Source: an uncultured candidate division Zixibacteria bacterium | GTDB taxonomy: Bacteria > Zixibacteria > MSB-5A5 > UBA10806 > 4484-95 | NCBI GenBank assembly: GCA_963668625.2 | Contig: CAXXKA010000008.1 | Coordinates: 256,001 to 320,000, forward strand | Length of the DNA: 64,000 nucleotides | Reading direction: 5' to 3' | Part shown: positions 38,816-48,583 of the stretch, one piece after another | Numbering within the stretch: position 1 is the stretch's first letter | How the letters are laid out: every line of letters starts with the position of its first letter | Translations under genes and position numbers: made by a program | Notes under the pieces: generated by a model | Seen by the model: the letters and a program-made list of their open reading frames with translations, nothing else | Database searches by the model: none | What the model was told of the DNA's origin: nothing

Positions 38816-39265
38816 CTATTTATTTCCCATATTAGCTTTATTTTCCGAGGTTGACCTTTCACCCTGCTTACTTTTAATGAACAGGGCAAGGTCTTTATCC
38901 ATGGTGATTATATGTTTCACTACCCATTCCATCATAGAATTCAGGGTATCCACGGTAACTGGAAAACCTGCCCCCTTCTTTTGAAGCGTATCTATCAGAT
39001 CATCTATCTCATTAATAAAACGATCATGTTCACGTTTCTGAGCTTGATAATTGGGATAGCCAACCTCCAACTGGAGACTCTCTTCATCCGCGAAATGGAA
39101 TTTTACGTATTGTTGCAAGAACAACAGGGTATTAAGTACGTTTTCATTAGCTTTACCATGTTTCGCAGCTCTCCAGAAATTATCTAGTTTGCTAAACCAC
39201 TCACGATGCTGATCGTCTATTCTATCGTTACCGGTCAATAAATCCTGAGTAAAATTAATCTCCAT
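38816..39265 (-). CDS. Bacteriohemerythrin
   Basis: TG..RIDDQH, HFADEE, KREH, W...HI...DK. Confidence 0.9.
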   Translation of the reverse strand: MEINFTQDLLTGNDRIDDQHREWFSKLDNFWRAAKHGKANENVLNTLLFLQQYVKFHFADEESLQLEVGYPNYQAQKREHDRFINEIDDLIDTLQKKGAGFPVTVDTLNSMMEWVVKHIITMDKDLALFIKSKQGERSTSENKANMGNK

Positions 39266-39434
39266 AAATTACCTCTAAATCCTTTAAATTACGCCCAGTA
39301 AAAACTTTATTATGTTAATCGGTTACTAAATTGTCATAGTTAATACATTCGAATCGAATACTTATAAACGAAACAATCCAAGTCGTTGTACTAACTGTTA
39401 ATACTATATCGTAAAATGCTAACAGTATTAAGTT

Positions 39435-39464
39435 TTGACAATCATACGTAGTTCTGATTATAGT
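39435..39464 (+). promoter_or_regulatory. sigma70-like promoter
   Basis: TTGACA-N18-TATAGT. Confidence 0.45.
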
Positions 39465-39497
39465 AATGGTGTTGGCGTTGCAAGCAAAGGAGGAGAC

Positions 39498-39974
39498 ATG
39501 CCTGCTAAAGTCAAACTTGATTGGAGCAAGTTCATCTTGAAGATCGAAATAAAGGCATCACCCTCACGGGTATTTAAAGCCTGGACGGATGCGGATGAGA
39601 TAAACAAGTGGTTTACCGTTAAAACCGAATTCGAGCCGGTTAAAGGCGGCAAAATTTATTTCGAATGGTTGGCGGGAGATAAATTCGAAACCGAATTGCT
39701 GGCAATAAAGAAAAACGAGCGGATATTGTTCCCGTTCGGAAAAAAGGGTGAAAAAGTAGAGGTAAGGTTAAAAAAGGATGGCCGTAACACCATACTTACA
39801 CTCAAACAATACGATATGAAAACCACCCCCGAGGCCAAATGGGCCATGCATAAAGGCTGCGAGGTGGGCTGGACTTTCTTCTTAGCCAACCTGAAAGCTT
39901 ATCTTGAACACGGTGTTGACCTCCGTGGAAAAAACAAAAAAAGAAGCTACAAACAGGGCTACTTGACGAGTTGA
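39498..39974 (+). CDS. SRPBCC/AHSA1-like domain protein
   Basis: SD AGGAGG, IKASPSRVFKAWTD..EINKWF, GWTFFLANLKAYLEHG.DLR. Confidence 0.88.
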   Translation: MPAKVKLDWSKFILKIEIKASPSRVFKAWTDADEINKWFTVKTEFEPVKGGKIYFEWLAGDKFETELLAIKKNERILFPFGKKGEKVEVRLKKDGRNTILTLKQYDMKTTPEAKWAMHKGCEVGWTFFLANLKAYLEHGVDLRGKNKKRSYKQGYLTS

Positions 39975-39980
39975 TACGAT

Positions 39981-40616
39981 ATGCCTACAGTAACCTCACT
40001 GGAAAAAATAAGACGCCTGAAAGGCTGGTTCGAGCTCACCCTGGATAAGCTATCCTCGTTTCCGGTTAATGATGAGTTAATTGTCAAATACAGGATCAAG
40101 ACCGGTGCGCGGTTTTTACCACATGAGATAAAAGAAATACGCGAGAAAGGCGAATACCTGTATACTAAAAGAAAAGCTTTCGATATTTTATCCCGAAGGC
40201 GGTATTCCGAAAGAGATATTCGCGAAAAACTCAGAAAAACGCTCGATAAAAGTAATTTTATCGATAAAGTAATTTCAGAGTTAAAAGACCTGAAATTCAT
40301 CGACGATCTCGAATATGCCAAAGCCCTGATTCACTCGCTGGGCGTCACCGGAAAAAGAAGTGTTCGCTATATACGCGATAAACTCTACCATAAAGGCATT
40401 CGGGATGAAATAATAGAAAAGGCTATCGAAAGCGAGCTCGAAAACTACGATGAAACGGAAATAGCTTATACTCTCGCGCGGAAAAAACACGCCACATTAA
40501 CGAAACTTCCCATGTTAAAAGCGAAAAAAAGAGTAGCCGACTTTCTCAAGGGACGGGGATTCAGCTGGGAGGATATAAGATACGCCCTTGACAGGGTATT
40601 CACGGAGGATGAGTAA
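39981..40616 (+). CDS. recX: Regulatory protein RecX
   Basis: LSRRRYSERDIREKL, FIDDLEYA, KLYHKGI, FLKGRGFS. Confidence 0.88.
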   Translation: MPTVTSLEKIRRLKGWFELTLDKLSSFPVNDELIVKYRIKTGARFLPHEIKEIREKGEYLYTKRKAFDILSRRRYSERDIREKLRKTLDKSNFIDKVISELKDLKFIDDLEYAKALIHSLGVTGKRSVRYIRDKLYHKGIRDEIIEKAIESELENYDETEIAYTLARKKHATLTKLPMLKAKKRVADFLKGRGFSWEDIRYALDRVFTEDE

Positions 40617-40617
40617 T

Positions 40618-41427
40618 ATGGCGTTCTATGATGCTGACGATGCCGCGATCTACTATGAACAAACCGGCGATGGTAAACCCGTATTATTGATGCATGGTTA
40701 TGCGTTGAACAGCCTGATGTGGAAATATCAGCAACAGGCGATCAGCGAAAATTTCAGGATGATAACAGTCGACCTCCGTGGTTTCGGCCAATCCTCCTGT
40801 GGTGGCAAATGGTCCGGCAATATCATGGCGGATGATATATCGGGGCTGATAAACGAACTGGATATCGAAGAAGCGACGATCGTTGGCTTTTCGATGAGCG
40901 GCCCGGCGGCGTTTCGTCTGGCGTTGAAACATCCCGATAGAATTGCAAAACTGGTAATGGTCTCCTCCATACTACCCTCGGCCGGCAGACCACGAGAGAC
41001 GAAAGAGGCAAAATCACATAAAAAGGAGCTGGATATACTCACCCTGCGCGGCGTGGATGCCTGGGCGGATGCCATGGGGATTCGTAAAGGGCCGCTTGTA
41101 GGCAACATATTCAAACGCAATCCGGACTCCCGCGAAACCTGGGAGAAAATGTTATCCCGGCATAATCCGGATTTCCTGCGCTGTATGATGGAAGCTCGTC
41201 AAGCCTCGAATCCCTCGGAAAACTGGCGGGCGCGTCTGGCCGAGGTAACTCAGCCAACGTTAATAATAGCCGGCGCGCAGGATGAAAGGTTTATCGATGC
41301 CTCCAGTTATATGGAACGTCAGATACCAAACGCCAGATTGGAAATCATCAGCGGAGCCGGTCATATGGTAAATTTGGAAAAACCGGATGAATTCAATGCG
41401 GCATTGCTATCGTTTCTTAATGAATGA
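40618..41427 (+). CDS. Alpha/beta fold hydrolase
   Basis: HG, DLRGFGQS, GFSMSG nucleophile elbow, GAQD, GAGHMVNLE. SD GGAGG favours ATG 40618. Confidence 0.9.
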   Translation: MAFYDADDAAIYYEQTGDGKPVLLMHGYALNSLMWKYQQQAISENFRMITVDLRGFGQSSCGGKWSGNIMADDISGLINELDIEEATIVGFSMSGPAAFRLALKHPDRIAKLVMVSSILPSAGRPRETKEAKSHKKELDILTLRGVDAWADAMGIRKGPLVGNIFKRNPDSRETWEKMLSRHNPDFLRCMMEARQASNPSENWRARLAEVTQPTLIIAGAQDERFIDASSYMERQIPNARLEIISGAGHMVNLEKPDEFNAALLSFLNE

Positions 41428-41631
41428 GGATACTTTTTACGCTTCCTAAAACGATACGCTTTTGCCAGAATGCGAAGCTTACCATGTTTAGTGCTGCCGG
41501 TAATCCAATTATTCGGACTATCTCGACAAAGAGATCACCACAGGAAAACGTTATCAGCGATCGCTCGCAATGGCTTTTCAACTATACTCTGAGTTTTATA
41601 AACCAGTACGTTCATCTCGAATAAATTCCAT

Positions 41632-41661
41632 AAAAAACGGGATGCCAACCGACACCCCGTT
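41632..41661 (-). terminator. Intrinsic terminator
   Basis: AACGGGGTGTC-GGTT-GGCATCCCGTT followed by TTTT on the minus strand. Confidence 0.75.
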
Positions 41662-41688
41662 CATAAATCAGCTACTTCGGCCGGATAT

Positions 41689-42297
41689 TTAAAACTCGCC
41701 GAATTTCAGTGCGACATACCCCATTGGCCCGGATAAATCCTCGTCCTCCAGATCGACAAGCTCGGCTCCTGAGGTGTACAAATACGATGCCCCCAGCTCA
41801 CATCGTATATGACGAGCGATATTGATCTCGAATCCGAGATTGGGCTCCAGGGCAAAAAACGCGTCGCCGTTCGAGCCGGTCCAACCCTCATCTTCATCAT
41901 CATCCTTAAATTGATGTCCAACACCACCGGCGCCGATCAGTACACCGGCATTCAGGTGAATGATGTTGAAAGGTTGATAAATATACTCGAGCATCAAACC
42001 GCCATAGCCGACCGCAATCTGACGGGTGCGGCTGGTATCCGTACCTATTCGAGTTTCTTTGATATCATTGACCAAACCATAACCGGCTGCCCCTACGACC
42101 AGGCCATGATTGATAACCCAACCGCCTTTACCGCCTAGCCAAACAGCCGTTTCGCCATCAATATCACTTATTTTCACTACCGGCCCACCGTAGCCACCGC
42201 TTTTGATTTCGCCGGAGAAAATACTTTGCATCTCCTGCGCCATCAACGGAGAACCGACCATGACAATTAATAATAGAATGAATATTGATTTCCTCAC
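41689..42297 (-). CDS. Outer-membrane beta-barrel protein
   Basis: Signal peptide, Gly/aromatic-rich alternating strands, C-terminal Phe (LKFGEF). Confidence 0.75.
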   Translation of the reverse strand: MRKSIFILLLIVMVGSPLMAQEMQSIFSGEIKSGGYGGPVVKISDIDGETAVWLGGKGGWVINHGLVVGAAGYGLVNDIKETRIGTDTSRTRQIAVGYGGLMLEYIYQPFNIIHLNAGVLIGAGGVGHQFKDDDEDEGWTGSNGDAFFALEPNLGFEINIARHIRCELGASYLYTSGAELVDLEDEDLSGPMGYVALKFGEF

Positions 42298-42415
42298 TTA
42301 ACTCTCCTTTCCATTTCCGTCTCAATTCGCTGCTCGTAGCCTGTAACACGTAATACTCGCCAACAGGTACGACCGATAATGGTATTTGTTTCCTTGAATT
42401 TGAGATTTTTCGAAT

Positions 42416-42448
42416 AAAAAAAGGTTGACGATTTACGGCGCCAACCTA
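42416..42448 (-). terminator. Intrinsic terminator of the histone-like gene
   Basis: AGGTTGGCG-loop-CGTCAACCT followed by TTTTTT on the minus strand. Confidence 0.75.
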
Positions 42449-42472
42449 ATTTTGCTTCATCCTGAGATAAAA

Positions 42473-42841
42473 CTATTTTTTTCTTCTAGTAGCTTTTTTC
42501 TTGGTGGTTTTCTTCTTGGCTACTTTTTTCTTGGCCACTTTCTTCTTGGTGGCTTTTTTCTTGGTGGCTTTCTTTTTAGTAGCTTTCTTCTTGGTGGTTT
42601 TCTTCTTGGCTACTTTTTTCTTAGTGGCTTTCTTTTTAGTAGCTTTCTTCTTGGTAGTTTTCTTCTTGGCTACTTTTTTCTTAGTGGCTTTCTTTTTGGT
42701 AGTTTTCTTCTTGGCCACTTTTTTCTTAGCTACTTTTTTCTTAGCTACTTTCTTTTTCGCCACTTTTTTCTTAGTCACTTTCTTCTTAGTCACTTTCTTC
42801 TTAGTGGCTTTCTTTTTTGCTGTTTTTTTCTTTGCAGGCAT
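42473..42841 (-). CDS. Histone H1-like Lys-rich DNA-binding protein (Hc2/BpH1-like pentapeptide repeats)
   Basis: MPA, then 23 x KKK[VAT][AT], then RRKK; SD GGAGG; own promoter (TTGACA-N17-TAAAAA) and terminator. Confidence 0.85.
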   Translation of the reverse strand: MPAKKKTAKKKATKKKVTKKKVTKKKVAKKKVAKKKVAKKKVAKKKTTKKKATKKKVAKKKTTKKKATKKKATKKKVAKKKTTKKKATKKKATKKKATKKKVAKKKVAKKKTTKKKATRRKK

Positions 42842-43134
42842 AACACCCCTCCAGGTTTAGTTTAAGTCAATATTTCTAAACATTGCTTTTTTACGTTAGA
42901 TAACCGTTCGTGTCAAGTATCAAATACCACTTTTTGTAAAAAAAATTTCGCATCAGTTTTTTAAAAACCCTCTTTTTGTTAAATCTAATAATGTTATCGT
43001 TACCCAACGCCAAAAAGTGAACAAACTATTTGCATTTTTTTTCAGTTTTAAATATTAAATTTTAGACACGAGAACTTATCGAGGATGTGCCGAATAGTAA
43101 TAATGACGATCGAATGAAACGAGAGTTGTTTAAA

Positions 43135-44123
43135 ATGTGTGATGTCTCGACTGAAATAGAAGTAAGGATGGATGCAATTATTGTTATGATAATACCTCTT
43201 TCTGCCTTAGTCAGGATCAATGAATATCGATTCGACGCCGAATGCTTCGTGGTAACCGCCTTCCTTCCTGAAAGAGGTACGCCGGTCGTCTGTAAGGGTA
43301 CTATCGAATGTCTTAATCTTAAAGGCAACGAGTTTCTCGATACGGTTGCGATGAGTTCATTGATAACTCTTAAAACAGTAATCGCCTGGCAAACAGAGTG
43401 GTTTATTCATCCTTTACCGGCGAAATACCCGAAGAACACCGCACGATGGAAAGGATTCCTGCCCGTTCGACAAGTTTTTCAACGATGCCAAATCAATAGT
43501 GATATCAATTTGAAAGAGGCTGTCTCTGCAACTATAGCCATTATCGGTTCGATAGGCGAACGGTTCGTGGCAATTCCCTCTGGAGATTCCGATATACCAT
43601 ATGATATGATTAAAACTCTCAATGGCGAATACGACGCTGGAATGTCGGAGGTTTCGGTATGATGGGGGATGTAATAGCCGAGGCGCGCTCGCTGATCATG
43701 GCCCCGGGAAATACGTCTGGCAAGGATACCGAGGCCGAAAATGTCCGCCGGCTCAAAGTTAGCCTTCAGGAACTTGTATGCAACGCCAACATGTTTTTAA
43801 AGGAAAACAATGACTCGGTCAACAATACCATCGATAACTTAGCGGTAAGCGTCATTGAATCAGGGACGTTTCTTGATGTCAATGAGGTATTATCGAATAA
43901 AATTGAGGTCAATTCGGCGGAAGTCTCTCGATCAGCTACCGAATTAACCGATAGGATTAGCCGGATCACCTTGCGAATCGAAAAGGGGGAAGGTACATTG
44001 GACAAATCAATCGCTGACGATCCTTTAGATTTAGATTTACGTGACACGATAAACATTCTTGATTCATCGATCACCGATTTCAAGAAAAAACCAGGTAGAT
44101 ACATGAAAGTGAGTATATTTTGA
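43135..44123 (+). pseudogene. mlaD: Degenerate MlaD/MCE-family gene with a frameshift near 43659 and an in-frame insertion
   Basis: ATIAIIGSIGERFVAI.SG, coiled-coil region, RIEKGEGTL, DFKKKPGRYMKVSIF tail; split into ORFs 43087-43662 and 43659-44123; TM anchor and GV.VG motif eroded. Confidence 0.7.
43353..43489. mobile_element. MITE-like dispersed repeat, copy 3, inserted in mlaD
   Basis: ATCCTTTACCGGCGAAATAC, GGATTCCTGCC and right end TTTTTCAACGATGCC match copies 1 and 2. Confidence 0.55.
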
Positions 44124-46252
44124 TAAACTTCGTATTTGGTATACACAACCATCAACCGGTGGGCAACTTCGATTTCGTAATCGAGGACGCTTATAAGAAA
44201 TGTTATTTACCTTTCGTCAAGACTCTCGTTGAATTCCCCTCGATAAAGGTAACTCTTCACAACACCGGCATACTCTGGGATTGGATAGAGCAGAACCATC
44301 CCGAATATTTCGATTATATCGAAAAATTACTGAAAGCCGGGCAACTAGAACTTCTAAGCGGAGGATTTTACGAACCGATACTACCGGTTATCATGGATGA
44401 CCACAAGAAAGGCCAGATAAACAAGCTTTCCGAGTACATCCGCGAGAAATTCAAATTTACGCCTCGCGGTATGTGGCTGGCCGAACGAGTCTGGGAACCG
44501 CATCTTGCCGGGGTATTCGCCGACTGCGGTATCGAATATACCATCCTGGATGACACTCATTTCAGATGGGCCGGGCTTACCGAGGAACAACTTGACAGTT
44601 ACTTTATCACCGAGGAACAGCATAAAAAGATGGCGCTGTTCCCCATTTCCAAGCTCCTGCGATACGCCATCCCCTTCAAAACGGTTGATAAAGTCATCGA
44701 GGCTTTCGGCGTAATGAGCGAGAATCATGACGGGAAACTGGCAGTATACGCTGATGACGGTGAGAAATTCGGCAGTTGGCCGGATACGTATAAGCTTTGC
44801 TACGAGAAAAACTGGTTACCAGACTTCTTCGAGGCTATATCCGAGAATTCGGATTGGATCAAGATGAAATTCTTCTCAGAGGCAATGGATGAGGTGCCAC
44901 CGAACGGCCGTATATACCTTCCGACAGCCTCGTACGCCGAGATGGGGCAGTGGTCGATGCCCTCCAAAGGATTCGTACAATACGAGGAGTTGGAAAAACA
45001 TTTCAAAGAACATGATCTCTGGGAAAGCCACGGGTACCTGGTCCGGGGCGGATTCTGGCGGAATTTCCTAACTAAGTATCCAGAGTCGAACAATATGCAC
45101 AAAAAGATGTATCGGGTTGCCGCCAAGATAGAATCGATAGCCGAACCGTCATCTACCCAGAAACCCAGGCTCGAAGAGGCCACCGATCTGCTATACCAGG
45201 GGCAATGCAATTGTCCGTACTGGCATGGCGTTTTCGGAGGGTTATATCTTAACCATCTGCGTTACGCCACGTACAATCGCTTCATCCGGGCCGAGGCTAT
45301 TGTCGATGAAATCGGTGGACTGCCGAAATCAGGAAAGATCGATATCACTGACTTCACCGATGACGGTTATAACGAGGCGCTGATAGAAACTCGTGATATT
45401 AACGCCTACCTTACGCCCCAGTATGGCGGCGCAATGTTCGAATTGGATTTGAAGCGCAAAGGTTATAATCTTCTGGATACTATGACACGCCGCCTCGAGG
45501 GGTATCATAAGAAACTTACTGAGGTTCAGGATGAAAACACAAACACCGGCCAATCGATTCACGACCGCATTGAATCGAAAGAGGAAAACCTGGATAAATA
45601 CCTGATATACGATTGGCATAGGCGTTTGTCTTTTGTCGATCATATCATGCCGCATCAGGTTGAAATGGAGAGTTTCGCTAAAAACGATTACCAGGAAATG
45701 GGTGATTTCATTTTAGAACCTTTCGAACTGGAGACCAAGAAATCAACCAACAAGATTACGGCCGTATTAAAGCGTGACGGCCATCTATATCATCCCCGGA
45801 AAATTTATAACCTTTCCCTGGAAAAAACGATATCGGTTGGCAACAAAGAGGCTCTCCTCGAGGCGAACTACAGACTGGAGAACAACTCCGATAACGCTCT
45901 CTCGTTCGTACTTGGAATCGAATTCAACTGGGCCATGCTCGGCGGGGATGCTCCGGATAGGTACTATTATATAAAAGGACAAAAACTGGAAAATAACCGC
46001 TGTAATAGTCGCGGCGAAACAGGCAATGTCGCTGAGTTCGGCTTGAAAGACGACTACCATAAACTCGATATAAACTATAATCTATCTCAACCATGCCGCT
46101 TGTGGCGCTACCCTATTGAAACGGTCAGTTTATCGGAATACGGTTTCGAGCGCGTCTACCAATCCTCGCTAACCTGTTTGTGTTTCGATATCAAGCTCGA
46201 ACCGGGCAAAAGCAAAGATTTAGGCATAGTGATCAAGTTTTTGGATATTTAG
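44120..46252 (+). CDS. GH57 alpha-amylase/4-alpha-glucanotransferase (DUF1925/DUF1926)
   Basis: HNHQPVGN, GGFYEPIL, WLAERVW, DDGEKFG, LPTASYAEM, QCNCPYWHGVFGGLY, ERVYQSS. Confidence 0.93.
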   Translation: MINFVFGIHNHQPVGNFDFVIEDAYKKCYLPFVKTLVEFPSIKVTLHNTGILWDWIEQNHPEYFDYIEKLLKAGQLELLSGGFYEPILPVIMDDHKKGQINKLSEYIREKFKFTPRGMWLAERVWEPHLAGVFADCGIEYTILDDTHFRWAGLTEEQLDSYFITEEQHKKMALFPISKLLRYAIPFKTVDKVIEAFGVMSENHDGKLAVYADDGEKFGSWPDTYKLCYEKNWLPDFFEAISENSDWIKMKFFSEAMDEVPPNGRIYLPTASYAEMGQWSMPSKGFVQYEELEKHFKEHDLWESHGYLVRGGFWRNFLTKYPESNNMHKKMYRVAAKIESIAEPSSTQKPRLEEATDLLYQGQCNCPYWHGVFGGLYLNHLRYATYNRFIRAEAIVDEIGGLPKSGKIDITDFTDDGYNEALIETRDINAYLTPQYGGAMFELDLKRKGYNLLDTMTRRLEGYHKKLTEVQDENTNTGQSIHDRIESKEENLDKYLIYDWHRRLSFVDHIMPHQVEMESFAKNDYQEMGDFILEPFELETKKSTNKITAVLKRDGHLYHPRKIYNLSLEKTISVGNKEALLEANYRLENNSDNALSFVLGIEFNWAMLGGDAPDRYYYIKGQKLENNRCNSRGETGNVAEFGLKDDYHKLDINYNLSQPCRLWRYPIETVSLSEYGFERVYQSSLTCLCFDIKLEPGKSKDLGIVIKFLDI

Positions 46253-46354
46253 ACTTAAAAGCGACTAATCAATGCAGTAATTGTGAGGGTCTGAGCGACC
46301 GAGCAATAAGTCAATGAGGCTTCCAATCAATTGTTGAAGCAACATCAGGTATTA

Positions 46355-46382
46355 TAGGGGCGTTCGATCGAACTCCCCTACC
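46355..46382. repeat. GTAG-type REP-like hairpin between convergent genes
   Basis: TAGGGGCGTTCG-AT-CGAACTCCCCTAC. Confidence 0.55.
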
Positions 46383-46411
46383 GTTTTAATGCGGATTCCT
46401 TAAGCAGTTAA

Positions 46412-46882
46412 TTACTCCTGCTCGCCTTCTGCAATTATCTCATTAATCTTTTCCCACATATCCTTATAATGGCTGCCCTTCCAATAAATACGCTTACACG
46501 AGGGACATCTCCGGAAACTATCCTGCGTTTTGAGAATATAGGGAAATACCTTATCCTCGATTTCAGCGGGGGGTACTATCTCACAAACATCGTTGCATTC
46601 CAAACATCTGGTGAACAGCTTTTCTCGAGCTGGGTATAACTGGAAATTGCTGATAACCTGCCTGATCTGGTTTTCCGGCGAATCGCTCTCGATAGACAAA
46701 TACCGCTCCGCACTGATTCGCTTAATCAAGCGGGTGTCTCGAGTCAGCACGATCCGCCCCTGCGAAAGCATTACGCCCAGTAGATGATTATCCTCGATTG
46801 AGGATTCGTAATATGTATCGTATCCCAGCATGCGTAGGTATCGGGCAAGCTTTCCGAGATTATCATCACATAAGAAAAGCAT
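46412..46882 (-). CDS. Mut7-C RNase domain protein (DUF82)
   Basis: FLCDDNLGKLARYLRMLGYD, LTRD, FTRCLECN, CPSCKRIYWKGSH. Confidence 0.92.
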   Translation of the reverse strand: MLFLCDDNLGKLARYLRMLGYDTYYESSIEDNHLLGVMLSQGRIVLTRDTRLIKRISAERYLSIESDSPENQIRQVISNFQLYPAREKLFTRCLECNDVCEIVPPAEIEDKVFPYILKTQDSFRRCPSCKRIYWKGSHYKDMWEKINEIIAEGEQE

Positions 46883-46887
46883 ACCGA

Positions 46888-46916
46888 AATTTAACAAAGG
46901 TTAAGGCCACTGTCAA
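46888..46916 (-). promoter_or_regulatory. sigma70-like promoter, leaderless start predicted
   Basis: TTGACA-N17-TAAATT with TGn; ATG begins 6 nt downstream; no SD. Confidence 0.6.
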
Positions 46917-47059
46917 TATTCTCGATGATTATTTACACATGTGTTAAAAAGTAGCGCGTATTAATCGGCGATCGGGGGATTTTGCCTGACCAGAAGTGGG
47001 AATTCTTTCTTACACGCATAACCAAAGCCATTACGAATCAAGCACGAAAAACATATGAA

Positions 47060-47088
47060 TTGACAACCGGGTGATTTTTACATACCAT
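47060..47088 (+). promoter_or_regulatory. sigma70-like promoter, leaderless start predicted
   Basis: TTGACA-N17-TACCAT; ATG begins 7 nt downstream; no SD. Confidence 0.6.
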
Positions 47089-47094
47089 TAATAC

Positions 47095-48510
47095 ATGGTG
47101 GAGAAACCCGAAATCCTTATAATCGATGCTGATAAGCAAGTCGTCGAATCATTAAGCGGTCTATTCAAAAATAAAGGCTATAAGCCATTTGGCGTATACA
47201 CGGGCCAGAAAGGTCTCGAGCTTGCTTTAAACGATGTTTTCGAATTGATACTGCTGGATAGCGTGTTGCCAGATTTGGACAGCCTGGAGTTGGTAAAACG
47301 CATAAAAGGTTTGAAAGTTTCAGCTCCGGTTATTGTGCTTACAACACCTGAGAATAAGCACAAAGCTATTGATATAGCTAAAAACGGCGCAGTCAATATA
47401 CTATTCAAGCCTCTTATAGATGACCTGGTTATCGAATCCTCGAATATCGCTATAAATCAACTGAAAAACAGTCGAGATATCGAAAAGCTCAGGCACTCCA
47501 TCTCCGAGCATTTTACGGTTTTAGGCCATTCGGAGGTAATCGAGAAATTCCGGGAAAAATTAAAACGTATAGCAGGCTCCAACTCCCGGGCTTTGTTTTT
47601 CGGTGAATCGGGCTCAGGTAAAGAGGCCGCCGCCCGGTATGTTCATTACACCTCCAGCCGCTCTACCGAGCCTTTCCATGGCATCAACTGTCTCGAGGCC
47701 GCCGGGAACCGGGCCGATAAGAAACATCACCTCGAATGCGATTTATTCGGCTATGAGCGGGACGCTTTCGTAGGCGCGAGTACAACCACCAAGGGCCGGT
47801 TTGAGATGGCCGAGGGCGGTACGGTTTATCTGAACGAGGTAGGCTCGCTTACCCCGGATCTCCAATCGAAACTTCTACGCATGATAGAGACGGGTAGTAT
47901 CACCCGCATGGGCGCGACCTCGGATATAAAAGTTGATTTGCGCATATTGGCAGGTACCACTATCGATCTGGAGGCCGAGGTTAAAGCCGGTAGATTCAGG
48001 GAGGATCTGTATTTCCGCTTGAATGTCATACCGACAGCCGTCCCGCCGCTTCGTGACTACAAGTCTGATATTCCGTTTATCTCCAGGAAAATCCTGGATA
48101 ATAGCGGGCAGATACGCAAGCGATTCGAGATGGCGGCTTTATCGTATCTAAAAGAGTATGATTGGCCGGGCAATATCAGGCAGCTTGATGAGATAGTCAC
48201 TAAAGCCGCGAAATTATCCTCGGGTGACATCATAACTGTCGGGGATGTTAAAAGCTCGTTCGAGCCGGGGGCGCAGAGGTCAAAAGCCATCCCGGAATCA
48301 CGATCATCACACCCCGAACTATTATCCGGGGACCTGTTTAAGCCTGAGCTGTCATATCGCGATCATGTGCTGGATTTCGAATTTCGATTGCTCCAGGAGG
48401 TGCTCGATAGGTGCAAGGGTAACATAACTAAGGCTGCCGAGATGTTTAAAACCGACAGGGGTAATCTATCCAAGAAAATAAAAAAGCTCGGTATTAAAGA
48501 TTCTCACTAA
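47095..48510 (+). CDS. NtrC-family response regulator (REC, AAA+, Fis HTH) with degenerate motifs
   Basis: REC domain, GESGSGKE, DAFVGA in place of GAFTGA, YLNEV in place of FLDEI, FREDLYFRLNV, WPGNIRQL, HTH. Confidence 0.9.
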   Translation: MVEKPEILIIDADKQVVESLSGLFKNKGYKPFGVYTGQKGLELALNDVFELILLDSVLPDLDSLELVKRIKGLKVSAPVIVLTTPENKHKAIDIAKNGAVNILFKPLIDDLVIESSNIAINQLKNSRDIEKLRHSISEHFTVLGHSEVIEKFREKLKRIAGSNSRALFFGESGSGKEAAARYVHYTSSRSTEPFHGINCLEAAGNRADKKHHLECDLFGYERDAFVGASTTTKGRFEMAEGGTVYLNEVGSLTPDLQSKLLRMIETGSITRMGATSDIKVDLRILAGTTIDLEAEVKAGRFREDLYFRLNVIPTAVPPLRDYKSDIPFISRKILDNSGQIRKRFEMAALSYLKEYDWPGNIRQLDEIVTKAAKLSSGDIITVGDVKSSFEPGAQRSKAIPESRSSHPELLSGDLFKPELSYRDHVLDFEFRLLQEVLDRCKGNITKAAEMFKTDRGNLSKKIKKLGIKDSH

Positions 48511-48583
48511 TTCTCCTTTCGATTCTCAGTCGATATTCATATATTTTATCCAAATGAGAATATTTTTATGAGATAGAGGCATT

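Noticed and set aside
41424-41624. 66-aa ORF overlapping the hydrolase stop
   Set aside because: No SD or recognisable motif; cannot be supported despite the ATGA overlap.
42425-42865. Plus-strand Phe-rich repeat ORFs resembling membrane proteins
   Set aside because: Reverse complement of the KKKxx repeat gene; SD, promoter and terminator all point to the minus strand.
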